DNA of 53,374 nucleotides from an uncultured Bacilli bacterium (lineage in GTDB: Bacteria; Bacillota_I; Bacilli_A; RF39; UBA660), in contig CALVKL010000001.1 in NCBI GenBank assembly GCA_944332695.1, positions 1 through 53,374 of the forward strand, read 5' to 3'. The notes beneath the pieces were generated by a model. It worked only from the letters and a program-made list of their open reading frames with translations, was not told the DNA's origin and ran no database searches. The position numbers and the translations under genes are program-made. Positions 7,493-18,408 of this stretch are shown piece by piece (within the stretch, counting starts at the first letter, position 1; the number at the start of each line of letters is the position of its first letter).

Positions 7493-9421
7493 ATGGACCG
7501 CGAAATAGTTAATAATATTAAAAGTTTAGGAATTGATATGATTGATAAAGCTGGCAGTGGTCATCCCGGAATTGTTTTAGGAGCTGCTCCAATTATTTAT
7601 ACTCTTTATGCGAAACATATGAATGTAAAACAAGATGATCCATTATGGGAAAATAGAGATCGTTTTGTTTTATCAGCAGGGCACGGATCTGCTTTATTAT
7701 ACGCTACTTTGTATATGGCTGGGTACAATTTAACTATTGATGATTTAAAACAATTTAGACATATTCATTCTAAAACACCAGGACATCCGGAATATGGTAT
7801 AACTGAAGGTGTAGATATGTCAACAGGACCATTGGGTCAAGGAATTGCTTCAGCAGTTGGAATGGCTTTAGCTGGTAAAATATTAAATAAAAAATATGAA
7901 ATCCCTAAAAAGAGTAAACTAGGTAAAGAACAAAGTTTATTTGATTATAATGTTTATGTTTTATGTGGCGATGGCGATTTAATGGAAGGAATCAGTTATG
8001 AAGCCACATCTTTAGCTGGAAGTTTAAAACTAAATAATTTAATTGTTTTATATGATTCTAATGATGTAAGCTTAGATGGGTCAACTAATAATGTTTTTGA
8101 TGACAATGTTATTGAAAGATTCAAGGCTTTAAATTGGAATACAATACAGGTTAAGGATGGAACAATTATATCTAACATTGATAAAGCTATTGAGTTAGCT
8201 AAAAAAAGTGATAAACCAACCTTAATTGAAATAAAAACGATTATTGGAGAAGGATCAGTTAATGAAAATACTAATAAAGTTCATGGTTCACCTTTAGATA
8301 AAGATGACATTATGAGATTAAAATTGAAATTAAAAATAAAACCAGAAGAATTTTATGTTAATAATGAAGCTCGAGAAAATTTTATTGACCAAATTAATGA
8401 AAGATGTTTAAAAAAATATGAAATATTTACTAAACAAGCTAATGAAATTAATTATCAAAGGGAAAATGTCAGAATTGATTTAAGTAATTTAATATTTGAC
8501 TATACGCAAAAAGAATCTTTAAGAGTTAGTAATGGTAAAATAATGCACGAAATAGCTAAAAGAATTTCTAATTTTATTGGTGGTAATGCTGATGTTGGAT
8601 CTTCGACTAAGGCAGTTTTACCTAATATTTTAACTGATTTTGTTGGTAATAATATCAATTTTGGTGTAAGAGAGCATGCAATGGGAGCTATTTTAAATGG
8701 TTTAGCTTTATGTGGCTTTTACAGTTTTGGTTCGACCTTTTTAGTCTTTTCTGATTATTTAAAACCAGCAATTAGAATGAGTGCATTGATGAATTTACCA
8801 GTTACTTATATATTTACTCACGATTCTATTAATATTGGTCAAGATGGACCTACTCATCAACCGATTGAACAATTATCATCTTTAAGAAGTATTCCTAATT
8901 TAGCTGTGTTCAGGCCAGCTGATGCCAAAGAAATAACTGGTTGTTGGGAATATATTATAAATAATAAAAAACCTAGTTGTCTAGTCTTATCAAGAAATGA
9001 GGTAAGTTTGTTAGACAAAACCGATCGTAATTCTATTAGTTATGGTGGCTATATTGTAAGAAAAGAAAATAATCTACATGCAATCATCATAAGTACAGGT
9101 AGTGAAGTTGAGTTAAGTATAAAAATAGCTAATAGTTTATATGAAATGTATAAATTAGATATTCGGGTTATAAGTATGCCTAATCGCAATTTATTTTTAA
9201 AGCAAAGTAAAGAATATCAAGAAAAAATTTTACCAAAAGGTTATCGTACTATAGTTATTGAAGCGGGTTCTAAACAAGGTTGGGAAGGTTTTGTTTATAA
9301 TGATAAATATTTAATTACTTTAGATAATTTTGGTTACAGTGGTACAAAAGAAGAAGTGGCAGATAAAATGAATTTTAGTTATGAAAGAATATTACAAAAA
9401 ATAATTAAACTTCTAAAATAA
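7493..9421 (+). CDS. tkt: transketolase
   Basis: GSGHPG, a TPP-binding GDGDLMEG motif, and a full-length alignment-like pattern. ATG 7493 sits behind AAAGAGGTGA. Confidence 0.95.
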   Translation: MDREIVNNIKSLGIDMIDKAGSGHPGIVLGAAPIIYTLYAKHMNVKQDDPLWENRDRFVLSAGHGSALLYATLYMAGYNLTIDDLKQFRHIHSKTPGHPEYGITEGVDMSTGPLGQGIASAVGMALAGKILNKKYEIPKKSKLGKEQSLFDYNVYVLCGDGDLMEGISYEATSLAGSLKLNNLIVLYDSNDVSLDGSTNNVFDDNVIERFKALNWNTIQVKDGTIISNIDKAIELAKKSDKPTLIEIKTIIGEGSVNENTNKVHGSPLDKDDIMRLKLKLKIKPEEFYVNNEARENFIDQINERCLKKYEIFTKQANEINYQRENVRIDLSNLIFDYTQKESLRVSNGKIMHEIAKRISNFIGGNADVGSSTKAVLPNILTDFVGNNINFGVREHAMGAILNGLALCGFYSFGSTFLVFSDYLKPAIRMSALMNLPVTYIFTHDSINIGQDGPTHQPIEQLSSLRSIPNLAVFRPADAKEITGCWEYIINNKKPSCLVLSRNEVSLLDKTDRNSISYGGYIVRKENNLHAIIISTGSEVELSIKIANSLYEMYKLDIRVISMPNRNLFLKQSKEYQEKILPKGYRTIVIEAGSKQGWEGFVYNDKYLITLDNFGYSGTKEEVADKMNFSYERILQKIIKLLK

Positions 9422-9468
9422 GACAAATTTTTCAAATTAGAGATTATATAATTTTATTGGTGATGCTA

Positions 9469-9858
9469 ATGAAAGAATATAATCTTTTTGTTATTAAAAA
9501 AGAATATTATGATTATTATCAAAAAAAACCTTTATTTTTGTTTGATATTTTAAAAAAATTATATTATATGCAGGATGATTTAAATTATGGAGTATCTTTA
9601 TATAGTCAATTATGTGAAAGAATAAACACCTTTAATTTAAAATATTATTTAAATAAAAAATATCATTTAGATAATGAAAAAACATTTTATATTAATAAGT
9701 CATTTGTTGAGCTAAAGTATACTAGAATAATTATTAGAACTAAACATATTAATATTATTAATGAATTTATTAATTATAGCAAATATATTTTTGTTTGTGA
9801 TTTTATTAATAATGATTACTTTTGGTTAAGTAGAAACAATTTAATGCAAATATCTTAA
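9469..9858 (+). CDS. sirA: SirA-like protein (YneE family, sporulation inhibitor of replication)
   Basis: The position tkt-X-yneF is identical to B. subtilis tkt-sirA-yneF. The N-terminus YNLFVIKKEYYDYYQKKPLFLFDIL and C-terminus IFVCDFINNDYFWL resemble my recollection of SirA. Confidence 0.5.
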   Translation: MKEYNLFVIKKEYYDYYQKKPLFLFDILKKLYYMQDDLNYGVSLYSQLCERINTFNLKYYLNKKYHLDNEKTFYINKSFVELKYTRIIIRTKHINIINEFINYSKYIFVCDFINNDYFWLSRNNLMQIS

Positions 9859-9912
9859 AAATGTTGAAAAAATAAACAAAAAATAGTAAAATATATTAAG
9901 GAGTTGATGACA

Positions 9913-10122
9913 ATGTTATGGAATTTAGTATATTTATTAATTGGTTTAATAATTGGTGGTGTGGCAGGTTTCTTTATAGCTCGTCATATTATTCAAAAAC
10001 AAATAAAAAATAATCCGCCAATTAACGAACAAATGATTAAAGCGATGATGACACAAATGGGTAGAACACCGAGTCAAAAGCAAGTTAATCAAATGATGAA
10101 GTCTATGACTAAATATATGTAA
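9913..10122 (+). CDS. yneF: UPF0154 membrane protein YneF
   Basis: TM helix plus NPPINEQMIKAMMTQMGRTPSQKQVNQMMKSM, a near-canonical YneF signature. AAGGAG SD. Confidence 0.85.
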   Translation: MLWNLVYLLIGLIIGGVAGFFIARHIIQKQIKNNPPINEQMIKAMMTQMGRTPSQKQVNQMMKSMTKYM

Positions 10123-10166
10123 AAGTATTAAATATACTTTTTTTATGAAATAATAGGAGTGTTTAT

Positions 10167-11795
10167 ATGACAAATAAAGATTTAGCGGATTTATTATATC
10201 CTGATGTAACAAAAACTATTGAAGACTTAGAAAAAATGTTTCCTCCTAGGAATTTGCAAGATAATCAAGAAGTATGCCGTTTTGCGCCAAGTCCAACAGG
10301 AAGAATGCATATGGGAAATTTATATGCTTCATTTGTTCCAGAAGTTTTTGCTAATCAATCAAATGGCGTATTTATTTTAAGAATTGAAGATACTGATAAT
10401 AAAAGAGCAATCGCAAATGGAATTCAACTAATTATAGATGATTTAGAAAATTATCACTATATAGTAAAAGAAGATCCTATTAAAGGAGGATTGTATGGCC
10501 CCTATATTCAAACTGAAAGAAAAGAAATTTATCACACTGTTGCTAAATACTTAGTATCAATAGGAAGAGCTTATCCTTGTTTTTGCTCAGAAGAAGACTT
10601 AACTAAAATGAGAGAACAACAAGAACAAATAAAAGATCGAATTGGTTATTATGGTAAATATGCCAAATGTCGTAATTTAAGTTATGACGAAGTAAAAAAA
10701 CATATTGAAAAAGGCGATAAATGGGTTTTGAGATTAAAATCAGAAGGAGATTTTAATAAAAAAATTATCTTTAAAGATTTAGTCAAAGGAACTATTCAAT
10801 TACCAGAAAATGATATTGATCAAGTTTTAATTAAATCTGATGGTATACCACCTTATGCTTTTGCTCATGTTTGTGATGATCATTTTATGAGAGTTACAAT
10901 TGTAACTAGAGATGATTCCTATATTTCTTCAGTGCCATATCATTTAGAATTATGGAATGCTTGCGGATTTAAAGAACCTAAATTTGCGCATTTATTACCA
11001 CTTAATAAAAAAGAAGGAAATACAGTTAGAAAAATAAGCAAAAGAAAAGATCCTGAAGCAGCAGTTTCTTTTTATCACGAAAAGGGAATTCCTGTCGAAG
11101 CAATTAAACTTTATTTTGCTACATTAATGAACTCTAATTTTGAAGGGTGGTTTTTACAAAATCCAGATAAATCATATCGTGATTTTAAATTTACATTTGA
11201 TAAAATGAGTAAGAGTGGCCCTTTATTTGATTTAGATAAATTAATTAATATTTCTAAAAATTATATAAGCAAATTAAAAGCAACAGAAGTATATGAAACG
11301 TTATTAAATTGGTCTTATGAGTTTGATTTGGAATTTTATAATTTATTAACCAAATATAAAAATTATACAATCAATATTTTAAATATTGAAAGAGAACAGA
11401 AAAAACCACGCAAAGATTTTAGTTGTTATTCTGAAATAAAAAAATATATTTGGTATATGTATGATGAATTGTTTACTAATTTAGAATATGAATGGCAAAA
11501 TATAACTGATCAAGATGAAATAAGAAAAATATTAAAATCTTATATTTTAAAGTATGATATCAATGATGATAAAGATAATTGGTTTAATAAAATGAAAGAA
11601 GTATGTTCAGAATTGGGATATGCTTCTGATATGAAACAATACAAAGAAAACCCTGGCAATTATAAAGGAAATATTGCTGATATTAGTAATGTTTTGCGGG
11701 TAGCTTTGACTACTAAAGCAATGACTCCCGATTTATATGAGATTATGAAATTATTAGGTAGGGATAAAATAGAAGAAAGATTTAATATGATTTAA
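10167..11795 (+). CDS. gltX: glutamate--tRNA ligase family protein (542 aa)
   Basis: Class I GlxRS motifs: RFAPSPTGRMHMGN (HIGH-like), RIEDTD, and KISKRK (KMSKS-like). Confidence 0.8.
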   Translation: MTNKDLADLLYPDVTKTIEDLEKMFPPRNLQDNQEVCRFAPSPTGRMHMGNLYASFVPEVFANQSNGVFILRIEDTDNKRAIANGIQLIIDDLENYHYIVKEDPIKGGLYGPYIQTERKEIYHTVAKYLVSIGRAYPCFCSEEDLTKMREQQEQIKDRIGYYGKYAKCRNLSYDEVKKHIEKGDKWVLRLKSEGDFNKKIIFKDLVKGTIQLPENDIDQVLIKSDGIPPYAFAHVCDDHFMRVTIVTRDDSYISSVPYHLELWNACGFKEPKFAHLLPLNKKEGNTVRKISKRKDPEAAVSFYHEKGIPVEAIKLYFATLMNSNFEGWFLQNPDKSYRDFKFTFDKMSKSGPLFDLDKLINISKNYISKLKATEVYETLLNWSYEFDLEFYNLLTKYKNYTINILNIEREQKKPRKDFSCYSEIKKYIWYMYDELFTNLEYEWQNITDQDEIRKILKSYILKYDINDDKDNWFNKMKEVCSELGYASDMKQYKENPGNYKGNIADISNVLRVALTTKAMTPDLYEIMKLLGRDKIEERFNMI

Positions 11796-11871
11796 TTCTT
11801 TTTTTTTATAGTTTATATTTTCCTTGATAAATAGATTATTTTATATTATAATAAGCTAAGTGGTGAAATGT

Positions 11872-12669
11872 ATGATAAGTATTAAAAATCTTAATTTTAA
11901 ATATCATGACAAAGAAATATTTAATGATTTAAATTTAGAGATAGATAGAGGTAAGATTGTTTCTATAATCGGCCCAAATGGTAGTGGCAAATCAACCTTA
12001 GTAAAAATTTTAGTCGGCTTATATAAATATAATGGAAGTATTATTATTGATGATACACAATTATTAAAAGATAATATTAAAGATATTCGAAAAAAAATAG
12101 GCGTCGTATTTAGTAATCCTGACAATCAGTTTGTTGCCGAAACAGTAATGGATGATATTGCTTTTACCTTAGAAAATATGAATTATAAAAAAAATGACAT
12201 AAGAAGTAAAATTGAGGAAACTACTAAATATTTAGGAATATATGATATTTTAGAACAAAATCCTCATAATTTAAACAACAATCAAAAACAATTAGTTAGT
12301 TTAGCTAGTGCTTTAGTACACGACCCTAAAATATTAATATTAGATGAAGCGCTAACTATGTTAGATCCATTTGATAAAGAAAAGATGTTAAAAATATTGC
12401 AAGAACTTAATAATAATGGTTTAACAATTATAAACATTAGTCATGATATTGAAGATACTTTAATAAGTGATGAAATATATGTGATGAATGAAGGCAAAAT
12501 AGTTTTACAAGGAACAAAAGAAGAAGTTTATAATGAAGAAAAATTATTACATAATTTAGGATTTGACTTACCATTTATGGTAGAATTATCTAATCGTTTA
12601 AAATTCTACGATTTAATTGATCATACAATATATAATATTGAAGAAATGGTGGATACATTATGGAAGTAA
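11872..12669 (+). CDS. ecfA1: ECF transporter energy-coupling ATPase EcfA1
   Basis: Walker A GPNGSGKST, Q-loop, ABC signature and Walker B ILILDEA. Part of the ecfA1-ecfA2-ecfT-truA order. Confidence 0.85.
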   Translation: MISIKNLNFKYHDKEIFNDLNLEIDRGKIVSIIGPNGSGKSTLVKILVGLYKYNGSIIIDDTQLLKDNIKDIRKKIGVVFSNPDNQFVAETVMDDIAFTLENMNYKKNDIRSKIEETTKYLGIYDILEQNPHNLNNNQKQLVSLASALVHDPKILILDEALTMLDPFDKEKMLKILQELNNNGLTIINISHDIEDTLISDEIYVMNEGKIVLQGTKEEVYNEEKLLHNLGFDLPFMVELSNRLKFYDLIDHTIYNIEEMVDTLWK

Positions 12670-13505
12670 AATTTAATGATGTTTATTATATCTATAATGA
12701 AAAAACTCCTCTTGCAAAAATGGTATTAGGTAATATTAATACTACTTTTAAAGAAGGAACAATAAGTGGTATTATTGGTAAAAGTGGAAGTGGTAAAACA
12801 ACTTTAATCGAATTAATAAATGCTTTATTACTTCCAACTAAAGGTAGCGTTGAAGTTGGAAGCAAAGTTATAAGTAAAACTAGAAAAATAAAAAATATCA
12901 ATAATTTAAGATATAAAATAGGTTTAGTATTTCAAATTCCAGAAGAACAATTTTTTTGCCAAACAGTAAAGGAAGAAATTGAATTTGGTATGAAATATTT
13001 TAAAAAAACAGTAAAAAACATTGAAAAACATATATTAGATGCTTTATTAATGGTTGGTTTAGATGCTACATATTTAAATAGAAATCCTTTTACTTTAAGT
13101 AGTGGGGAAATGCGCAAAGTAGCCATAGCTTCTATTTTAGCCTTTAATCCTAAAGTAATAATATTAGATGAACCAACAATTGGCTTAGATAATCAAAGTA
13201 AAAAGAATTTAATTAAAATAATAAAATTATTAAAAACAAGGTATAAAAAAACAATTATAATTGTTAGTAATGATACTGATTTATTACTTCAAATAGCAGA
13301 ACATATAATTTTATTAGATAAAGGTAAAATTATCTATGATGGCAATAAATATGAAGTATTTAAACAAGATTTAGAAAAATATGGTTTAAAAAAACCAAAA
13401 ATAATTGAGTTTGAACAATTGGTTTTAGAAAAAAAACATATCAAAATTGGTTATCGTGATGATATTAACGATTTAATGAAGGATGTGTATCGCCATGTTA
13501 AATAA
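12660..13505 (+). CDS. ecfA2: ECF transporter energy-coupling ATPase EcfA2
   Basis: Walker A GKSGSGKTT, LSSGEMRKV signature and IILDEPT. Confidence 0.85.
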   Translation: MEVKFNDVYYIYNEKTPLAKMVLGNINTTFKEGTISGIIGKSGSGKTTLIELINALLLPTKGSVEVGSKVISKTRKIKNINNLRYKIGLVFQIPEEQFFCQTVKEEIEFGMKYFKKTVKNIEKHILDALLMVGLDATYLNRNPFTLSSGEMRKVAIASILAFNPKVIILDEPTIGLDNQSKKNLIKIIKLLKTRYKKTIIIVSNDTDLLLQIAEHIILLDKGKIIYDGNKYEVFKQDLEKYGLKKPKIIEFEQLVLEKKHIKIGYRDDINDLMKDVYRHVK

Positions 13506-14247
13506 AGTAATGATAGGTAGATATTATTCTATTGGGTCACTAATTCATGAAATGAATCCTTTAGCTAAGATAATTTGTGTTTTATTATTTATTATTATGT
13601 CATTTTTAACTTTTGATTTAAGATTTAATATTATTTTAGGATTGCTATTAATCTTAATGCTATTTAATACTAAAGTGCCTTTAAATATTTATCTAAAAAC
13701 AATTTTAAGTATTAAATGGCTATTAATATTTATTTTAATAATTAATATTATTATTAATAATAGTTTACAAATAACTTTTATTACTATGTTAAGACTTATT
13801 TATGTTGTTTTATATACTTCCATTTTAACCTTAACCACACCACCAACAGAAATAACTTACGGATTAGAAAAATTATTTTTACCCTTAAGATTAATAGGAA
13901 TTCCTGTTAATAAAATGGCATTATCAATAAGTTTAGCTTTAAGATTTATTCCTACTATCATTGACCAAGGAAATAAAATAATAAAATCACAAGCTAGTCG
14001 CGGTATAGATTACTACAATTCTAATTTAAAAGGTAAATTATTGGCTATTAAAGCCTTAATAATTCCAATGTTTATTTTAAGTTTTAAAAAAGCAGATGAT
14101 TTAGCTGACGCGATGGAAGTAAGATTATATAATATAGATAATAAAAGGACAAATTTTAGACAAAATAAATGGGGATTTTATGATACTTTTATTGTCCTTA
14201 TGCATTTAGGATTATTTATTTTAATTATGAAGGAAGTTGTGTTATGA
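13495..14247 (+). CDS. ecfT: ECF transporter transmembrane component EcfT
   Basis: Polytopic membrane protein with the conserved ALRFIP...SRG region. Syntenic position. Confidence 0.85.
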   Translation: MLNKVMIGRYYSIGSLIHEMNPLAKIICVLLFIIMSFLTFDLRFNIILGLLLILMLFNTKVPLNIYLKTILSIKWLLIFILIINIIINNSLQITFITMLRLIYVVLYTSILTLTTPPTEITYGLEKLFLPLRLIGIPVNKMALSISLALRFIPTIIDQGNKIIKSQASRGIDYYNSNLKGKLLAIKALIIPMFILSFKKADDLADAMEVRLYNIDNKRTNFRQNKWGFYDTFIVLMHLGLFILIMKEVVL

Positions 14248-14984
14248 GATATTTAATTACATTTAGTTATGATGGAAGTAAATTTAAAGGTTATCAAAAG
14301 CAGCCAAGATTAAAAACTGTGCAAGGTGAAATTGAGAAAGCTTTAAAAGAATTAGCTAATAAAGATATACCTATTTTTGGATCGGGTAGAACTGATGCTT
14401 CAGTTCACGCGTTAAATCAAAAAGCTCATTTTGATCTCGATATGGATATAACAAAAGAAAAACTACAAAAAGCTTTGAACAGCTTGTTAAATAATTATAT
14501 TTATATAAAAAAAATAGAGGAAGTTAATGATACTTTTCATGCGAGATTTAATGTTTCAGCTAAAGAATATATTTATAAAATTAATATGGGGGAATATGAT
14601 CCAATTGAAAAAGATTATGTTTATCAATATAATAAAAAATTAGATTTAGCTGAAATGGAAAGAGCCTTAAAATATTTAGAAGGAACTCATGATTTTAAAT
14701 CTTTTTCTAAAGCTGATGAAGAAAAAGATAATTTTACTAGAACTATTATTCAGACTAACTTAATTCGAAATATTAAAAATGTTAATAAATTTACGATATC
14801 ATTTCTAGGAACTGGGTTTTTAAGATATCAAGTAAGAAATATGGTAGGTGTTTTAATAGAAATTGGTGAAGGCAAAAGAAAAAGCGAGGATATATTGAAT
14901 ATTTTAGAAGCAAAAGATCGAAGAAAAGCTGGTATTACAGCGCCACCAGAAGGATTATATTTAAATGATGTATATTATCGTTAA
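14244..14984 (+). CDS. truA: tRNA pseudouridine(38-40) synthase
   Basis: FSYDGSKFKGYQKQ and GSGRTDASVHA (catalytic Asp). Confidence 0.92.
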   Translation: MRYLITFSYDGSKFKGYQKQPRLKTVQGEIEKALKELANKDIPIFGSGRTDASVHALNQKAHFDLDMDITKEKLQKALNSLLNNYIYIKKIEEVNDTFHARFNVSAKEYIYKINMGEYDPIEKDYVYQYNKKLDLAEMERALKYLEGTHDFKSFSKADEEKDNFTRTIIQTNLIRNIKNVNKFTISFLGTGFLRYQVRNMVGVLIEIGEGKRKSEDILNILEAKDRRKAGITAPPEGLYLNDVYYR

Positions 14985-15014
14985 AAAATATTAATAAAAA
15001 AGCATATATTTTCA

Positions 15015-15120
15015 TTGACAAATATATGTTTTTTTTATATAATTAATAGCGGTACATTTATTTATTCCCACATTTAATGAATCTTGGGACAATTCATTAT
15101 TTGGAAGAAAGGAAAAGATT
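15015..15120 (+). promoter_or_regulatory. sigmaA-type promoter plus rplM 5' leader with alternative hairpins (L13-leader-like)
   Basis: TTGACA(15015)-17 nt-TATAAT(15038). The leader contains TCCCA...TGGGA and an overlapping perfect TAATGAAT/ATTCATTA pairing. Confidence 0.45.
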
Positions 15121-15549
15121 ATGAAAAATTCTTATATGCAAAGAAAAGAAGATGTAGTGAGAGATTGGTGGGTAATCGATGCTACTGATGTCAATTTAGG
15201 TCGTTTAGCTACTAAAGTTGCTACAGTATTACGTGGCAAACATAAACCAACTTATACTCCACATATCGATGGTGGTGATAATGTTATCGTAATTAATGCT
15301 AGTAAAGTAAATTTAACTGGTAATAAGTTAGATGACAAAATTTATTATAATCATAGTGGTTATACAGGTGGTTTAAGAGAAAGAACTGCAAGAACAATGC
15401 GTGATAATTATCCAGTTGAAATGGTTGAAAGAGCTGTAAAAGGGATGTTGCCTAAAGGAAGATTAGGTCGTCAAATGTATAAAAAATTATTTGTTTATGC
15501 TGGAAGCGAACATCCACATATGGCTCAACAACCAAAGGAAATGAAATAG
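15121..15549 (+). CDS. rplM: 50S ribosomal protein L13
   Basis: Strong L13 sequence ([28 protein letters not shown]). Confidence 0.97.
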   Translation: MKNSYMQRKEDVVRDWWVIDATDVNLGRLATKVATVLRGKHKPTYTPHIDGGDNVIVINASKVNLTGNKLDDKIYYNHSGYTGGLRERTARTMRDNYPVEMVERAVKGMLPKGRLGRQMYKKLFVYAGSEHPHMAQQPKEMK

Positions 15550-15558
15550 GAGGAATTT

Positions 15559-15972
15559 ATGGAAAAGAAAATATATCTTGGAACTGGTAGAAGAAAATCT
15601 TCTGTCGCACAAGTTAAAATGACTTCAGGTAGTGGTAAAATTACTGTTAATGGTCGAGATGTTAGAGAATTCTTCCCTTATGAAACAAATGTAATGGATT
15701 TAATGCAACCATTAGTAGCTACTAATAATGAAAAAACTTTTGATATTGAAGTTAAAGTTAATGGTGGCGGTTTTACAGGACAAACTGGAGCAATTAGATT
15801 AGGTATCACTAGAGCATTACTAGAGTATGATAAAGTAAATGAAGCAAGTGAAGATAGTTATCGTAAAGTTTTAAAAAGAGCTGGTTTTGTAACTAGAGAT
15901 GCAAGAATTAAAGAACGCAAAAAACCAGGATTAAAAGCAGCTCGTCGTGCACCACAATTTTCAAAAAGATAA
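15559..15972 (+). CDS. rpsI: 30S ribosomal protein S9
   Basis: [10 protein letters not shown]...[35 protein letters not shown]. Confidence 0.97.
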   Translation: MEKKIYLGTGRRKSSVAQVKMTSGSGKITVNGRDVREFFPYETNVMDLMQPLVATNNEKTFDIEVKVNGGGFTGQTGAIRLGITRALLEYDKVNEASEDSYRKVLKRAGFVTRDARIKERKKPGLKAARRAPQFSKR

Positions 15973-15985
15973 TATATTGCATATA

Positions 15986-16011
15986 CCTTGGAAATATTTC
16001 CAAGGTTTTTT
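15986..16011 (+). terminator. rho-independent terminator
   Basis: CCTTGGAAATATTTCCAAGG palindrome followed by T6. Confidence 0.85.
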
Positions 16012-16067
16012 GTTAATTATTTACTTCATTTTTTTAATATGCTAAAATTAGTATGAGGGTGATGACA

Positions 16068-16496
16068 ATGGATATAATAGTAACTAAAGATATTAAAATA
16101 ACAGATTATAAAAAATTAATCAAATCAGCTGGTTGGAAAGAATTAAGTGAAAAACAGCTAAAAAAAGCACTTGAAAATTCAATGTGTGTAGTAATTGCAA
16201 AAGAAAAAGAAGAAGTAATAGGTATGGCAAGACTTATTGGTGATTATGGTACACATGGATTGATTGTCGATGTTGTTGTTTTACCTGATCATCAAAACAA
16301 GCAAATTGGAAGTCAGTTAGTTTTAAAAATAAAAGACTATGTTTTTGATTTTTTAGAAGAAGATGAACAATTTTTAATCGAACTATGTCCCGCTTATGGA
16401 AAAAGAAACTTTTATCAAAGATTAGGATTTAAATATAAACCAACTAATATGGATGGAATGTATTTATGGATAAAGAAAGGAAAAGAAAATGAATAA
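16068..16496 (+). CDS. GNAT family N-acetyltransferase
   Basis: VVLPDHQNKQIGSQL and YQRLGF motifs (acetyl-CoA binding region). ATG 16068 sits behind GAGGGTGA. Confidence 0.7.
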   Translation: MDIIVTKDIKITDYKKLIKSAGWKELSEKQLKKALENSMCVVIAKEKEEVIGMARLIGDYGTHGLIVDVVVLPDHQNKQIGSQLVLKIKDYVFDFLEEDEQFLIELCPAYGKRNFYQRLGFKYKPTNMDGMYLWIKKGKENE

Positions 16497-17391
16497 AATT
16501 GTTTTAATTGGATGTGGTAATGTAGGAATGAGTTATGCTTATGCATTACTTAACCAAAGTACAAGTGTTAATGAATTGGTATTGGTAGATTTAAATAAAG
16601 AAAGAATTATAGGAGAAGTAATGGATTTAAATCATTGTTTAGCTTTTGCTCCTAATAAAATAGATATTAAAGCTGGCGACTATGACGATTGTAAAGATGC
16701 GACTATTGTTGTAATTGCTGCTGGAGCTAACCAAGAAAAAGGCGAAACAAGAATGGATTTAATTGAAAAAAATAGTAAAATATTTAAAAATATTGTAAAT
16801 AAAGTTATGAAAAGTGGTTTTAATGGCATTTTTTTAGTTGCTACTAATCCTTTAGATGTGATGACTTATTTAACTTATAAATATTCTAATTTATCACCAA
16901 ACAAAATCATTGGGACAGGAACTAGTTTAGATACAGCAAGATTAAGGTATATGATTGCTGAAAAAATAAAAATAAGTCCTAAAAATGTCCATGCTTATGT
17001 TATTGGTGAACACGGCGATTCTGAATTTGTTCCATGGAGTAACGCTAATATAGGGTTACAAAATATTAAAGATTTTTTAACTGATGAAGAATTAGAAAAA
17101 ATATATCTTGACGTTAAAAATGCCGCTTATGAAATAATTAATCGTAAGGGTGCTACATACTATGGAATAGGAATGTGTTTAGTTAGAATTACTAATGCTA
17201 TTTTAAATAATGAAAATAGTGTTATAACAGTTTCGACGTATGATAAAGATAATGATATTTTTATAGGACTTCCAGCTATTATTAATAAAAAAGGAATTAA
17301 AGATAAAATATATGTTAATTTAAATGAAGAAGAAACAAAAAAATTACAAAATTCTATCGATGTAATAAAAGAAGCTATATCTAGAATATAA
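16489..17391 (+). CDS. ldh: L-lactate dehydrogenase
   Basis: IGCGNVGMSYAYAL Rossmann motif, VIAAGANQEKGETRMDL and GEHGDSE. Confidence 0.9.
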   Translation: MNKIVLIGCGNVGMSYAYALLNQSTSVNELVLVDLNKERIIGEVMDLNHCLAFAPNKIDIKAGDYDDCKDATIVVIAAGANQEKGETRMDLIEKNSKIFKNIVNKVMKSGFNGIFLVATNPLDVMTYLTYKYSNLSPNKIIGTGTSLDTARLRYMIAEKIKISPKNVHAYVIGEHGDSEFVPWSNANIGLQNIKDFLTDEELEKIYLDVKNAAYEIINRKGATYYGIGMCLVRITNAILNNENSVITVSTYDKDNDIFIGLPAIINKKGIKDKIYVNLNEEETKKLQNSIDVIKEAISRI

Positions 17392-17535
17392 ACTACTATA
17401 TAAAAATGAATTACAATGCTAATTTTAAATTGAGTGATTCACAAACGTGGCTAAATCATTAATTTTATCTATAAAATTGTAATAGTGAATTTAAAATCTC
17501 CTTTTATTTATGATATAATTAATAAAGGTGGTCGT

Positions 17536-18408
17536 ATGTTATTAAGTAATGAATGGGTTGATTATGAATGTTTAAGTGCGGGAAATGGTGAAAAGTTAGA
17601 AAGATGGGGCAATGTTATTTTAAGAAGACCTGATCCCCAAGCAATGTGGCCTATTAAAAATGATAAGTTATGGAATAATATCGATGCTTTTTACCATCGT
17701 TCTAATAAAGGTGGCGGTTATTGGGAGTATAAAAAACAATTGCCTAATTATTGGATAATAAAATATAAGGATTTAAAATTTAAAGTAAGTCCTACTAGTT
17801 TTAAACATACTGGTTTATTTCCAGAACAATCAGTAAATTGGGATTTTTCAATCAATAAAATTAAAAATAGTAAAAGAAAGATTAAAGTTTTAAATTTATT
17901 TGCTTATACGGGAGGGGCAACGATGGCTGCAAGTTTTGCGGGTGCTGATGTTGTTCATGTTGATGCTTCAAAAGGAATGATTGAATGGGCAAAAGAAAAC
18001 ATGAGATTATGTGGTTTAGAAAATAACAAAATTAGATTCATTGTCGATGATTGTTTGAAATTTGTTAAAAGGGAAGCAAGAAGAGGAAATAAATATGATG
18101 CAATTATCATGGATCCACCTAGTTATGGAAGAGGACCTAATGGTGAAATGTGGAAATTTGAAGATAATTTAACTAATTTGATTAATGAATGTATGAATAT
18201 TTTAAGTGATAAACCGTTATTTTTCTTAATTAATTCTTATACAACGGGTATTTCTAGTACTGTTTTATATAATATTTTAAAAATGACTTTACAAAATAAA
18301 TATAGCGGAAAGATAACTGCTGATGAAATAGGATTACCAATAACAGATAATAGTTTAGTATTACCATGTGGAATTTGCGGAAGATGGGAAAATGAAGATA
18401 TTATATGA
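17536..18408 (+). CDS. class I SAM-dependent (rRNA) methyltransferase, RlmI/RlmK-like
   Basis: VLNLFAYTGGATMAA and IIMDPPSYG motifs. ATG 17536 sits behind AAAGGTGG. Confidence 0.7.
   Translation: MLLSNEWVDYECLSAGNGEKLERWGNVILRRPDPQAMWPIKNDKLWNNIDAFYHRSNKGGGYWEYKKQLPNYWIIKYKDLKFKVSPTSFKHTGLFPEQSVNWDFSINKIKNSKRKIKVLNLFAYTGGATMAASFAGADVVHVDASKGMIEWAKENMRLCGLENNKIRFIVDDCLKFVKREARRGNKYDAIIMDPPSYGRGPNGEMWKFEDNLTNLINECMNILSDKPLFFLINSYTTGISSTVLYNILKMTLQNKYSGKITADEIGLPITDNSLVLPCGICGRWENEDII

Noticed and set aside
17405-17500. Two ~23-nt near-palindromic AT-rich direct repeats (AATTACAATGCTAATTTTAAATT / AATTGTAATAGTGAATTTAAAAT) upstream of the methyltransferase gene
   Set aside because: They are only ~70% identical and extremely AT-rich. 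That is within what chance gives in this composition, and no supporting context exists.
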